From a bacterium (lineage in GTDB: Bacteria > UBA8248): a stretch of 64,000 nt of DNA. Every line of letters begins with the position of its first letter. Positions within the stretch are counted from its first letter, which is position 1. Both the position numbers and the translations under genes were made by a program. Below the pieces are notes generated by a model. That model searched no databases and was not told the DNA's origin. It was given only the letters and a program-made list of their open reading frames with translations. Shown piece by piece: positions 47,503 to 57,237 of this stretch. Where the stretch lies: NCBI GenBank assembly GCA_965199855.1, contig OZ241326.1:448001-512000 (forward strand), written 5' to 3'.

Positions 47503-48620
47503 GCTTCTTCGGCGCCGGCGCCGCTCCTCAACTTATCAATGATCTCGTCGCGCCACGAATCTAAATCCCGATCCGGCAGACCCGGGCGGCCGGCGGTTTG
47601 CATGTACGCCCACGCGATCAACTCCCGAAACGGACTGTCAAGGGAAGCGATTCGGAGAAATGGTTTGTCTGACATGCCGATGTCTTCAACGGGAATGAGT
47701 GCCAGATCGCGCAGGTTGGCCGCCATTATAGGGATTTGATCCTTCAGGCTTGGGAAAGGGATGACAGCTCCCAGGTATCCTTGGGTAAGCATTGAACTGC
47801 GCAACTGATCTTTCAGCTTCCGAATTTTCATGCCTTTCAGGCTTGTAGTTTCAAGACCGTTTTTCATGGAACAGCATTTTGAAACCAGGACATCGCGCAC
47901 TTTCGGTTCGCGGTTTCCCGAGGCTGCAAGGTCACATGATGGCGTCAGAACTACCCGGAATGAAGCGGGATCATCAGGTGATGCGCTCCCGTCTCTCAGG
48001 ATATCGCCCAGTCGGATGTCTTCGGATACCGGAGGGAGCAGATATTGTTCCCAATCGGCGAGCGTTGTTTCGTTTGCTGGCGGCTCGTCCATCAGGGCGG
48101 CAAGACGACGCCTGCCCGATCGTTTAATGGTGTCAACGATACGTTGCGTATCGTCACGGAAGGCTTCAAAGGCATAGCGCGCGACATCCCGCATGGCCTT
48201 GGAAAAGGAGCGCCTGATATCCCGTTCGGCTTCTTTCAGTGTATCGACATGGGGGAGGAATTCACGAATTGCGTCCAATACCTTTTGTTCACTCCCACTC
48301 CCCTTTTTGATGCTTTTTACGAATGGGTGCCGCTCATACTTTTCAGGAATGTCAGGTAGTCCTGAATACACAACTATAGGGCAGAAATGTTTCTTCCAGA
48401 TGATGTCGAGAGTATTCCAACCCTCTCGCTCTCCTTCGCTGAAAACGTTACCGACAAAGAGATCGAGGATCACGATGTCAGGGCGGAACGACAAGAGTTT
48501 CTTCTTTGCATCATCAAAATCCGATACTTTTTGGCGCACGTTCTCTATCTTATCTTTTGTCAGCTTCCGGGCGGGTTCTATGACTTTTCGATCATCCTCG
48601 ATAAATAGCAGTTTCAGCAT
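47499..48620 (-). CDS. Response-regulator receiver fused to an uncharacterised C-terminal domain
   Basis: LLFIEDD, DIVILDL, PIVVYSG and conserved K; C-terminal RLGDIL...VVLTPSCDL. Confidence 0.85.
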   Translation of the reverse strand: MLKLLFIEDDRKVIEPARKLTKDKIENVRQKVSDFDDAKKKLLSFRPDIVILDLFVGNVFSEGEREGWNTLDIIWKKHFCPIVVYSGLPDIPEKYERHPFVKSIKKGSGSEQKVLDAIREFLPHVDTLKEAERDIRRSFSKAMRDVARYAFEAFRDDTQRIVDTIKRSGRRRLAALMDEPPANETTLADWEQYLLPPVSEDIRLGDILRDGSASPDDPASFRVVLTPSCDLAASGNREPKVRDVLVSKCCSMKNGLETTSLKGMKIRKLKDQLRSSMLTQGYLGAVIPFPSLKDQIPIMAANLRDLALIPVEDIGMSDKPFLRIASLDSPFRELIAWAYMQTAGRPGLPDRDLDSWRDEIIDKLRSGAGAEEA

Positions 48621-48631
48621 ATATCCCTCTT

Positions 48632-50794
48632 TTATGCTCGGCGTTGTTTCCGCAGAGGCAAGTCGAAAGCGAACGACGCGCCGCCTTTTGGTCCGTTGTA
48701 TTCTGTCCGCATGCGGCCTTCGTATGCGGCAACCAGTTCCGAAGCTACCGTAAGTCCCATTCCTATTCCGCCCGGTTTTCTTGTCACGCCGGGCCAGAAC
48801 ACCTTTTCCGCATAGTCTTTATCCAGGCCGGGGCCCGTATCCTGCACATCTACCAAGACACGCTCTCTGCCATTGATGGGCGTAAGGCTGAATTTCAGTT
48901 CTCTGCGTTCTTTCGGGACTTCCCGCATCCAATAGACCGCGTTTGTTACCAGATTGAGAATAATCGCGTCGAGTTCTCCTGGATCGACCGCCACCTTGGT
49001 TTCGGAGTCCGGGACAAGGCATCGCACATGGCTTCTTTTTATCTCGCTTCGATGGAGATACAGGCAATCCCTGATTCGCTCCTCCAAAATCGATTGGCGC
49101 TTTCGTCTCCTGAAATTACGGCTTGCGAGAGGGGCGAAGGTATCGGCGAGACGCTCCAGCGCATCTATCGCCCCGTCGGCGGAACGGAATTCTTCTTCCA
49201 GCTCTTTTTCCTTGAATGGACTGAATCTGTCCCGGATGAATTTCAGAAAGCTCCCGAGGGCTATCGTGCGATTGCGGATTTCATGCACCAGCATGTGGGC
49301 GAGGGTTCCGACGGTCGCCAGCCTGCTGTAATATATGAACCGCTCCTGAATCGCTTTGCGCGTCGAGTCCAGCGAACTGCTGAAAGTGCGAAGAAGAGGG
49401 ACCGCTTCGGATGCTTCAGCTCCTTCTTCTGCAAGCGCGGCAACTTCCTCGGTCAACTCTTCCGCGGACAGCTTCTCGAACAGATCATCCATCGGTTTTT
49501 CACGGTCGGGTTTAACGCGATCTTCATCCCGCTCATTTTCGAGAAGGGCAACGACCGCTTTCAGAATTTCCTCGAACTCCGCTACTTCGATACATGAGGC
49601 GAGGCGCTCGCGGTCGCTGGTGTCCTCTATTTTCGGATTACATTCAGCCGATACCGAGACGTAGCCGACAATCTGGCTCGTGCTCAGCCGCGTTCCGATC
49701 TTGCTGACGCGCCGCAGATCGAGTCCCAGCCAGTCGCGGGCGTTGTCGGATTTGGGCAGCACAAGAACGCCGTCCCGATATATGGAGATGCCTTTGTGCG
49801 CGCGAATGGATTTTCTGACCTGACTTTTCTGGAAGTCAAATTTTTCGGCGATTTCCTGCGTATCTTCACCGGCGATGTCCCATGCTCGAATCTCAAAAGA
49901 AAATGGCCCGCAATTCGCTCCCTTTTCGGAATATGGAAACTTCTCTTTATCTTGAATGGCGTCATGAATTTGTCGCCACGCAAGTTTCAGCTTCCTTCCC
50001 CTGGCGACATCGTCTTTCACAAGAGGGGCGAATCGATATGAACCCTCCACGTTTCCGTCCCTGTCGACACGCCCCCGAATGCTGTATTTCGGTTTCGACA
50101 AAAATTCGGGAGATTCGATCTTGACTGCCTCGGTTTGCTCATCTCCGAAACCGGAAAGGGAGATGTTGAAGTCGCCGAGGTCTGAAAATGGGGAGAGCAA
50201 ACGACCGAGATTCTCTTCGAGGTCCGATATGCGGCTTTCATTCCATTTTTCTTTCAGACCATAGATGCGCAGACGAGTTCCGGATTCACTGAAAGGCGAA
50301 CTGCCGGGATATTTTCTGCATCCCGCGAAGCTTTTCGATAGATCGTCTCCCTCGGAAATGTCGGACCAGTTGACGCTGACCTCCCAACAGGGCTTCCCAC
50401 GCGCCTTTGTCAGCATGCGAAGGCGTTTTCCGAGCCGCGCGACGGAAAGACGCCCGAGGCCTTTTTCACCGGAGACGCGACGCTCTTTCTTCCCGAGCTT
50501 CACAACGGGATTTATTTGCTTGTTTGGGGTCGCAACGAGGCACCAGACGTTCTCGATGATCTCTCTGGTCATGCCGCTGCCGTCGTCTTCGATTTCCAGA
50601 TACGCGCCCGGCCCAACATCTTCTCGAAATCGAAGCCAGACGTTTTGAGCAAAAGCATCGTATGAGTTTTTCACGAGTTCGATGACGGCCACGACGTCAT
50701 TGGTCACCAGGTCCGCTCCCAGAGCGGCGAATACCCTGGGGTGCATGCGGAAAGGTATCTGCTCGAAACTGCCTTCAGGCATTCTTTTCGCCAT
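48632..50794 (-). CDS. MORC-like GHKL ATPase fused to a histidine kinase
   Basis: N-terminal ELVKNSYDA, EDDGSGM, GEKGLGR; C-terminal H-box LVHEIRN, NLVTNA, DTGPG, GIGMGL; start uncertain (alternative GTG at 50833). Confidence 0.9.
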   Translation of the reverse strand: MAKRMPEGSFEQIPFRMHPRVFAALGADLVTNDVVAVIELVKNSYDAFAQNVWLRFREDVGPGAYLEIEDDGSGMTREIIENVWCLVATPNKQINPVVKLGKKERRVSGEKGLGRLSVARLGKRLRMLTKARGKPCWEVSVNWSDISEGDDLSKSFAGCRKYPGSSPFSESGTRLRIYGLKEKWNESRISDLEENLGRLLSPFSDLGDFNISLSGFGDEQTEAVKIESPEFLSKPKYSIRGRVDRDGNVEGSYRFAPLVKDDVARGRKLKLAWRQIHDAIQDKEKFPYSEKGANCGPFSFEIRAWDIAGEDTQEIAEKFDFQKSQVRKSIRAHKGISIYRDGVLVLPKSDNARDWLGLDLRRVSKIGTRLSTSQIVGYVSVSAECNPKIEDTSDRERLASCIEVAEFEEILKAVVALLENERDEDRVKPDREKPMDDLFEKLSAEELTEEVAALAEEGAEASEAVPLLRTFSSSLDSTRKAIQERFIYYSRLATVGTLAHMLVHEIRNRTIALGSFLKFIRDRFSPFKEKELEEEFRSADGAIDALERLADTFAPLASRNFRRRKRQSILEERIRDCLYLHRSEIKRSHVRCLVPDSETKVAVDPGELDAIILNLVTNAVYWMREVPKERRELKFSLTPINGRERVLVDVQDTGPGLDKDYAEKVFWPGVTRKPGGIGMGLTVASELVAAYEGRMRTEYNGPKGGASFAFDLPLRKQRRA

Positions 50795-51296
50795 GTGATT
50801 TACGTTTCCCTGCCTGTCGTGCTTTTTGACCACGACGCAATGGAGGAATCTCCATCAGCCTTCGCTTTGAATTCAGAAAATCCGCCGCTTTCTTCGCTAT
50901 GGCATCCAATGCTTCCATGCGGTTTGTCCCCGGCTTTCGGAATCCGCATTCCCAGATTGTCAGGACTCGCCACCCAAGGCTTTGCAACTCCGCCAGGGCC
51001 GCCGAATCGCGCCTCGCGTTTTCTTCGAGTTTTGTTTTCCACCACGCAGAGCGCGTTCCCGGTATCGAAGAAAGATGGCAACCATGATAATGCCAGAAAC
51101 ATCCGTGGATGAATACTACGGAGAGATGCTTCGGAAAAACCATATCAGGCGTTCCCGGCAGGTCTTTCCGATGCAGGCGATAGCGGAACCCCATCGCAAA
51201 GAGTCGCCGCCGTATCTCCAGTTCCACCTTGGTGTTCTTGGCGCGAACCGAAGCCATCATTCGGCTTCTGGTTTTTTTATCAACGGTATCTATCAT
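50775..51296 (-). CDS. vsr: Very short patch repair endonuclease
   Basis: RSRMMASVRAKNTKVE, LPGTPD, FIHGCFWH, GWRVLTIWEC. Confidence 0.95.
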   Translation of the reverse strand: MIDTVDKKTRSRMMASVRAKNTKVELEIRRRLFAMGFRYRLHRKDLPGTPDMVFPKHLSVVFIHGCFWHYHGCHLSSIPGTRSAWWKTKLEENARRDSAALAELQSLGWRVLTIWECGFRKPGTNRMEALDAIAKKAADFLNSKRRLMEIPPLRRGQKARQAGKRKSHGEKNA

Positions 51297-51387
51297 GGCT
51301 GCGGACTCGACAGGCATTGACGCTCAAGGCTTCATGCCTGAAAGAATGCTCCATCACCTCTCAAAATACCGCTTCGCCCCCGCGTTG

Positions 51388-51936
51388 TCACCCCAACGCC
51401 CCCTCCCGCCAGTCCTTCATCGCCGCGCGGGTGGCGTCGAAGGCGAGCTCGGCGAAGTCGATCTCATGGGGGGCGACGAGCTTGACCTCGGTCGTCTCGG
51501 CGAGGGGGCGGGGGACGCCGGAGGTTACCCGCCCCGCGTAGGCGATGAGGACGGTGGGGTTTCCCTCGAAGGAATACGCCCCCAGAAGCGCGTCCACCGC
51601 CACCTCCACGCCCGCCTCCTCGCGCGCCTCGCGGGCGGCGGCGGCGGAGAGGACCTCGCCCCGGTTCACGAAGCCGCCCGGAAACGTCCACAGCCCCCTG
51701 CCGGGATTGTGGGCGCGCCGCACGAGCACCGCGCGGCCTTCCATCGTGGCGACCACGCCCGCCGCCACCTTGGGGTCGAGAAAATGCACGTGGCCGCAGG
51801 CGGCGTCCGCGCAGCAGAGCTGGCGCGAGCCGTCTCCCTCCGTCCAGGGACGATGGACGAGCGGACTCCCGCATGCCGCGCAGAAGCGAACGCGCCCGCC
51901 CAGGTGGGGATGGGCCTCGGGCGCCTCCGCGCTCAA
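51388..51936 (-). CDS. NUDIX hydrolase with N-terminal zinc ribbon
   Basis: FCAACG...C..ACG, PGGFVNRGE....AAAREAREEAG. Confidence 0.9.
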   Translation of the reverse strand: MSAEAPEAHPHLGGRVRFCAACGSPLVHRPWTEGDGSRQLCCADAACGHVHFLDPKVAAGVVATMEGRAVLVRRAHNPGRGLWTFPGGFVNRGEVLSAAAAREAREEAGVEVAVDALLGAYSFEGNPTVLIAYAGRVTSGVPRPLAETTEVKLVAPHEIDFAELAFDATRAAMKDWREGALG

Positions 51937-52595
51937 CGGAGGAGGCTTTCCGCCCCGGGGCGGCAGAAGGGGTTGGTCGCCCTCTCGCGGCCGATGGTGG
52001 TCTCGGGGCCGTGGCCGGGGTGGACGATGGTCTCGTCCGGCAGGGTGAGGAGCCGCTCTCGGACGCTTCGCAGGAGCGTTTCGGCGTCGCCCATGTGGAG
52101 GTCGGTTCGCCCGACGCTTCCCGCGAAGAGCGCGTCGCCGACGACGGCGTGGCCCGGCTCTCCCCCCTCGCCCGCGCGGTAGAGCGTGACGTTGCCGGGG
52201 GCGTGTCCGTCCGTGAGCCTGATCTCGAAGGCGAGGCTTCCCACCCGGAGCGTCTCGCCGGGGACGAGCCGGCCGTCCACCTCGGGAATCTCCGGTTCGG
52301 GGAACCCGTAGGCGCGCGCGGCGTTCGGCATGTTGCGCAGGTTGAAGAGCTCCGCCTCATGGAGCAGGTAGGGGACGCCGAGCGCCTCCTTCGCCTCGGC
52401 GACGCCCTCGGCGTGATCGAGATGGGCGTGGGTGCCGACGAGCATGACGATGCGCAGCCCGCGCTCGCGCGCGGCGGCGAGGACGCGCCCGACCTCCGCG
52501 CCGGGGTCGACGTAGGCCGCCTCCTTCGTCTCCTCGCAGCCCACGAGGTAGCTGTTCATCTGGAAGGGGCCGACGGGCAGCCGCTCGATGATCAA
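51933..52595 (-). CDS. MBL-fold metallo-hydrolase (glyoxalase II-like)
   Basis: THAHLDH, GHAPG, GDALF..SVGRTD, PGHG. Confidence 0.92.
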   Translation of the reverse strand: MIIERLPVGPFQMNSYLVGCEETKEAAYVDPGAEVGRVLAAARERGLRIVMLVGTHAHLDHAEGVAEAKEALGVPYLLHEAELFNLRNMPNAARAYGFPEPEIPEVDGRLVPGETLRVGSLAFEIRLTDGHAPGNVTLYRAGEGGEPGHAVVGDALFAGSVGRTDLHMGDAETLLRSVRERLLTLPDETIVHPGHGPETTIGRERATNPFCRPGAESLLR

Positions 52596-52622
52596 GAAAG
52601 CGCCCTTTCCGGGAGGATCGCT

Positions 52623-53522
52623 TCAGGAATCGGGCGGGAAGATGAGGATTTCGATGCGGCGGTTCATCCGGCGGCCCTCGCGCGTGTGGTTGTCGCCGAC
52701 GGGGCGGAACTCGCCCATGCCGGCCGCCGACGCCCGGCGCGGGTCGAGGCTGCCCACCTCGACGAGGTAGCGCAGCACGCGGGTGGCGCGCGCGGCGGAG
52801 AGCTCCCAGTTCGTCTCCCAGCGCTCGGCGAGGCGATCCGATATCTGCACGTTGTCGGTGTGCCCCTGCACCTGCACCTCGCGGTTGGCGTAGCGGCGCA
52901 GGAGGCCCGATATCTTGAGGAGCAGGGGCTTGCCCTCCGTGCGGACTCGAGCGCTGCCGGACTTGAAGAGGATGGCGCTCTCGATGCCGATGACCACCCT
53001 GTCCCCCGCGCGGCGCACCCGCGCGGCGCCGCGGCGCCGCTCCCTCGCCAGCTGCGCCTTCATGTCCTTTTCGAGCTGGGTCTGGAAGCGAACCCTGTCC
53101 TCGAAGCGCAGGAGCCTCTTCTGGGCGGCGACGAGGCTCTTCTGAATCCCGCGCGCCCGCGCGCGGGCGGCCTCCAGCGCGCCCCGGAGGCGTCCGGCGC
53201 GGACGGCGCTCTCCTTGCTCTCGGCTTCCCGGGAGGAGGCGCGCGCGCGAAGGTCGGCCAGGTCCGTCTCCTTCTCCTGGCTGTAGCGCCGCGCCATGGT
53301 GAGCGACTCGCCGAGCTCGCGGTTTTCCTGCTCCTTGCCGGCGATGACCTGCCGGAGCTCCTCCTTCTCGCGCTGAAGCGCCTCCGCCTTTCCGAGCGCC
53401 GCGTCGAGTTCGCGCCTGAGGCCCGCGGCCTCGTCCGTTTTCCGCTCGTAGTCCTCGATGCCCACGCAGCCGGCCAGCAGGGAGGCGGCGAGGAGCGCGA
53501 GAGCGCGGCGATGGATGCTCAT
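52623..53522 (-). CDS. OmpA/MotB-domain coiled-coil lipoprotein
   Basis: Lipobox LLAGC, coiled coil, ILFKSGSA, GHTDN, NWELSAARA, NRRIEI. Confidence 0.9.
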   Translation of the reverse strand: MSIHRRALALLAASLLAGCVGIEDYERKTDEAAGLRRELDAALGKAEALQREKEELRQVIAGKEQENRELGESLTMARRYSQEKETDLADLRARASSREAESKESAVRAGRLRGALEAARARARGIQKSLVAAQKRLLRFEDRVRFQTQLEKDMKAQLARERRRGAARVRRAGDRVVIGIESAILFKSGSARVRTEGKPLLLKISGLLRRYANREVQVQGHTDNVQISDRLAERWETNWELSAARATRVLRYLVEVGSLDPRRASAAGMGEFRPVGDNHTREGRRMNRRIEILIFPPDS

Positions 53523-54568
53523 TCGATTTCCCCTCTGGAGAGGAAGCGGACGGCGTCGGCCACGTCCAGCCTGCTGCCCACGATGAAAGGGATGCGCTGG
53601 TGAAGCTTCTCGGGCTGAATCTCCATCACCCGGCGGCGGCCGTCGCTCGCCGCCCCGCCCGCCTGCTCGGCGATGAAGGACATGGGGCTGCACTCGTAGA
53701 GGAGGCGCAGCTTGCCCTCGGGGCTTTTCCTGTCGCCCGGGTAGAGGAAGACGCCGCCCTTGAGGAGGTTCCTGTGGAAGTCCGCCACCAGCGAGCCGAT
53801 GTAGCGCCCCGAGTAGGGGCGGCCCGCGTCCGCGTCCTCCTCCTTGAGGCGCGCGACGTAGCGGGCGGTGGCCGCGTCCCACCTCGAAGCGTTGCCCTCG
53901 TTGATGCTGTAGATCCTCCCCCGCTCGGGAATGCGGATGTCGGGATGGGAGAGGAAGAACTCGCCCACCGAGGGGTCGAGGGTGAAGCCGTCCACCCCGT
54001 TGCCGGTGGTATAGACCAGCATGGTGGAGGAGCCGTAGATGACGTAGCCCGCGCAGACCTGGGAGACGCCGGGCTGGAGGAAGTCCTCGAGCCGCGCGGC
54101 GCCGCCCCGGCTCCTGCGGCGCAGGATGGAGAAGATCGAGCCGATGCTCACGTTCACGTCGATGTTCGAGGAGCCGTCCAGGGGGTCGTAGAGCACCACG
54201 TATTCGCCCCCCTCCACGTATTTGTCGGGGATGGCGTAGACCTCCTCCATCTCCTCGCTCGCCAGGGCGGCCACGGAGCCCGTGTGGTCGAGCGCCTTGC
54301 GCATCACCTCGTTGGCGTATTCGTCGAGCTTCTGAACCTCCTCGCCCTGGACGTTCACCTCGCCCGTCAGCCCCAGGATGTCCGCGAGGCCCGCCTTGTT
54401 CACCTCGGCGTTGATGATCTTGGCGGCGAGGGTGATCTGCGTGACGAGGCGGGTGAAGAGCCCGCGCGCGCCGGGGTGGTTGCGCTCCTCCTCGCGGATG
54501 CGGCGCTCGAGGGTCATCCCCCGGAAGCTGGCCTCGACGGCGGCGTCCTTCGGCATCCTCTCTCGCAT
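53519..54568 (-). CDS. fbp: Class 1 fructose-1,6-bisphosphatase
   Basis: NVQGEEVQKLD, SEE, DPLDGSSN, RYIGSLVADFHR, GKLRLLYE. Confidence 0.96.
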   Translation of the reverse strand: MRERMPKDAAVEASFRGMTLERRIREEERNHPGARGLFTRLVTQITLAAKIINAEVNKAGLADILGLTGEVNVQGEEVQKLDEYANEVMRKALDHTGSVAALASEEMEEVYAIPDKYVEGGEYVVLYDPLDGSSNIDVNVSIGSIFSILRRRSRGGAARLEDFLQPGVSQVCAGYVIYGSSTMLVYTTGNGVDGFTLDPSVGEFFLSHPDIRIPERGRIYSINEGNASRWDAATARYVARLKEEDADAGRPYSGRYIGSLVADFHRNLLKGGVFLYPGDRKSPEGKLRLLYECSPMSFIAEQAGGAASDGRRRVMEIQPEKLHQRIPFIVGSRLDVADAVRFLSRGEIE

Positions 54569-54581
54569 CCCTCTCTCGCGG

Positions 54582-55604
54582 CTAGGCGGCCTCCGCCTCC
54601 ATCGCCTCGCTGTAGTCCCCGGTTCGCGCGGCGCCGTTGCATCGGCAGCGGTGGAGGAACAGCCTCTGGGCGAGGGGGACGTTCGCCGCCTCGCCGCCCC
54701 AGCCCCGGAGCGCGGGCGCCTGAAGCGCGCGCCCGTAGGAGAAGCTGAGCTCCCAGGGGTGGGGGCCCGTCGCGTTCATCGCGTTCAGGTGCGCGGTGGC
54801 GAGGGCGTCGCTCTGGCCGCCGGAGAGGAAGCAGATTCCGGGCACGGCGGCGGGCACGCTTCGGGAAAGGGCGCGCACGGTCGCCTCGGCCACCTCTCGG
54901 ACGCCCGCCTGGGCGGGGCACCCCTTTCCGGATATCACCATGTTCGGCTTGAGGATCATGCCCTCGAGCGAGACGCGCTGCCTGTGGAGGGCGTCGAACA
55001 CGCTTTCGAGCGTCTCGCTCGTGGCCTCCTCGCAGACCTCGATGGCGTTGTCCGCGTCCATCAGGACCTCGGGCTCCACGATGGGGACGAGGCCCGCCTC
55101 CTGGGAGAGGGCGGCGTAGCGCGCCAGGGCGTGCGCGTTGGCCTCGATGCAGCGGGCGGAGGGGATGCCCTCGCCGATGGTGATGACGGCGCGCCATTTC
55201 GTGAAGGCCGCGCCCAGCGCGGCGTATTCCGCCAGCCGCTCGCGCAGGCCGTCCAGCCCTTCTGTGACCTTCTCCCCGGGGGCGAAGGCCAGGTCCTTCG
55301 CGCCCTTGTCCACCTTGATTCCGGGGAGGATGCCCCGCCCGGCGAGCAGGGCGGCGAAGTTCGTCCCGTCCGAGGCGCTCTGGCGCAGCGTCTCGTCGAA
55401 GAGGATGACGCCGCTGATGTATTCCTCGATTCCCTCCGTCGTGAGGAGAAGCTCGCGGTAGGCGCGGCGGTTCTCCTCGGTGGATTCGACGCCGATGCCG
55501 TCGAGGCGCTTCTTGATCGTGCCCGAGCTCTCGTCCGCGGCGAGGACGCCTTTGCCCGGCGCAACCATCCGCCGGGCGATTTTCGCCAGATCGTTCGCGC
55601 TCAT
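54582..55604 (-). CDS. Class I fructose-bisphosphate aldolase
   Basis: GKGVLAADES, GIKVDKG, KWRAV, VPIVEPEV, ILKPNMV, FLSGGQS, FSYGRALQ. Confidence 0.96.
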   Translation of the reverse strand: MSANDLAKIARRMVAPGKGVLAADESSGTIKKRLDGIGVESTEENRRAYRELLLTTEGIEEYISGVILFDETLRQSASDGTNFAALLAGRGILPGIKVDKGAKDLAFAPGEKVTEGLDGLRERLAEYAALGAAFTKWRAVITIGEGIPSARCIEANAHALARYAALSQEAGLVPIVEPEVLMDADNAIEVCEEATSETLESVFDALHRQRVSLEGMILKPNMVISGKGCPAQAGVREVAEATVRALSRSVPAAVPGICFLSGGQSDALATAHLNAMNATGPHPWELSFSYGRALQAPALRGWGGEAANVPLAQRLFLHRCRCNGAARTGDYSEAMEAEAA

Positions 55605-55890
55605 GGTTTCGCTCCCGCAAGGACTGCAGATTGAGGTCAAGATTCACGGGGCGGGCCCCGCTCCGGGGCGTCCCGCTTCGCGCCGCTTCCGGCCGCGGCT
55701 CTCTCCCCGCTCGAGGGGCCCGCCCGCCGCCGCATGGGCGCAAGGAATTTCGGTCGGCAAGAATAGCAGAACCGCGCGCGGGAAGGAAGCCGCCGCGCGG
55801 GTGGAAAACGGATTCCTTTCATGCTCGAATGGGAAATCCCCGCCCGGGCGAGAAGAGGTCTCCGATGCCGCGCTTTTCCGGCGCGCGCCC

Positions 55891-57042
55891 ATGAGCGCGC
55901 CGCAGCCCTCCGCGCCCGCCTGGCGGATGCCCGCCTTCTACTTCCTGCATTTTTTCAGCGTGGGCGTCCTGCTTCCGTTCCTGAACATCTTTTACCATTC
56001 CGTCGGCGTGAGCGGGCTTCAGCTCGGCCTGCTGAACGCGGCCCCGCGCCTCTCGAGCGCGCTCGCGCCCCCTCTGGCGGGCGCGCTGGCGGACAAGTTT
56101 CGCCTGGGGCGGAGCGTGGCCCTCGCGTGCGCGCTCCTGAGCTCGGCCGCCGCGCTGCTGCTGTGGGGGGCGAGCGGCTTCGCCGCGCTGTTCGCGCTCA
56201 TCACGATATTCGCCGCCCTCAAGGCGCCCCTCGTGCCGATAGCCGAGAACCTGTGCCTGCGCGAGATCGAGGAGACGGGGGCGCAATACGGCCGGGTGCG
56301 CCTGTGGGGCTCCCTGGGCTTCATCGCGGCGGCCACCTGCGCGGGGCGCCTGGTCGGGTTCGCCGGCGTCGCCGCCATCTTTCCCCTGGTGGCGGGCGTG
56401 GGGCTTCTGCTCGTTTTCGTCATTTTCCGACTGCCGGAGGAGTCGGGCGGGACGCGCCCCAGGTTCCGGGCGGACCTCGGGCTTCTGCTTCGCAGCAGGG
56501 GACTCGCCGTGTTCCTCGCCGCCGCGACCCTCGCCGCGGTGTCCGCCGGGCCCTTCGGGGTGTATTTCAGCATCCGGCTCAAGCAGCTCGGCATGTCGGC
56601 GGACCTCATCGCCCTGGCCTGGACCGTGGGCGTGGCGAGCGAGATAGGGGTGTTCCTCCTCGCGGGGAGGATGCGCGAGCGCTTCGGCCTCAAGCCGATG
56701 ATCACCGCCGGCCTCCTCGCCGGCGCGCTGAGGTGGGAGCTCGTCGCGCTCACGGCGGAGCCCGCGCTGCTCATCCTCACCCAGCTCCTGCACGGCCTGG
56801 CCTTCGGCGCCTTTCACGCGGGCGCGATTCAATACGTGGACGGCCTGAGCGGCGAGGCGACGAAGAACACGGCGCAGTCCCTCTACAGCGCGGCCATCTG
56901 GGGGGTCGGCTCCACCCTGGGCGCGCTCCTGGCGGGCTGGCTCCTTCCGCACTGGGGCTTCGTGAACCTGCTCCACGCGGGCGCGCTCCTCGCGCTTGCC
57001 GCCGGGCTCGGCTTCGCCGCCTTCGGCGAGCGCGTGGCGTGA
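55891..57042 (+). CDS. MFS transporter (HcaT/MFS_1-like)
   Basis: About 12 TM helices; YGRVRLWGSLGF, GVASEI, QLLHGLAFG. Confidence 0.9.
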   Translation: MSAPQPSAPAWRMPAFYFLHFFSVGVLLPFLNIFYHSVGVSGLQLGLLNAAPRLSSALAPPLAGALADKFRLGRSVALACALLSSAAALLLWGASGFAALFALITIFAALKAPLVPIAENLCLREIEETGAQYGRVRLWGSLGFIAAATCAGRLVGFAGVAAIFPLVAGVGLLLVFVIFRLPEESGGTRPRFRADLGLLLRSRGLAVFLAAATLAAVSAGPFGVYFSIRLKQLGMSADLIALAWTVGVASEIGVFLLAGRMRERFGLKPMITAGLLAGALRWELVALTAEPALLILTQLLHGLAFGAFHAGAIQYVDGLSGEATKNTAQSLYSAAIWGVGSTLGALLAGWLLPHWGFVNLLHAGALLALAAGLGFAAFGERVA

Positions 57043-57237
57043 GGCGGAGCCTCTCCGCTTTGCGGGGCGATTCGGGAAAGGCTAGAATGAGGCGCGGATC
57101 TGCACGGCCCCCGCTCCCGCCCGCTCCGGGAGAGGAGCGGACGTTTTCTCGTTGAATCGACACCGGCGGGGAGAGGCGGCTCGCGCGCCGCGCGCGGCCC
57201 TCTCCATCCGCTCGCGTCCGAGAAAGGCGCGCTGACC

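Larger units (their letters stand above)
46460..51370. mobile_element. Lower-GC accessory cassette (no integrase or transposase seen)
   Basis: Visible drop in GC and change in codon usage between the cupin and NUDIX genes; boundaries approximate. Confidence 0.55.

Noticed and set aside
52623-53522. Flagellar stator motB
   Set aside because: It has a lipobox rather than the MotB TM with the conserved Asp, and there is no motA partner; kept as a generic OmpA/MotB-domain lipoprotein.
53519-55604. Calvin-cycle (cbb) operon
   Set aside because: No RuBisCO, phosphoribulokinase or transketolase nearby; gluconeogenesis is sufficient to explain the pair.
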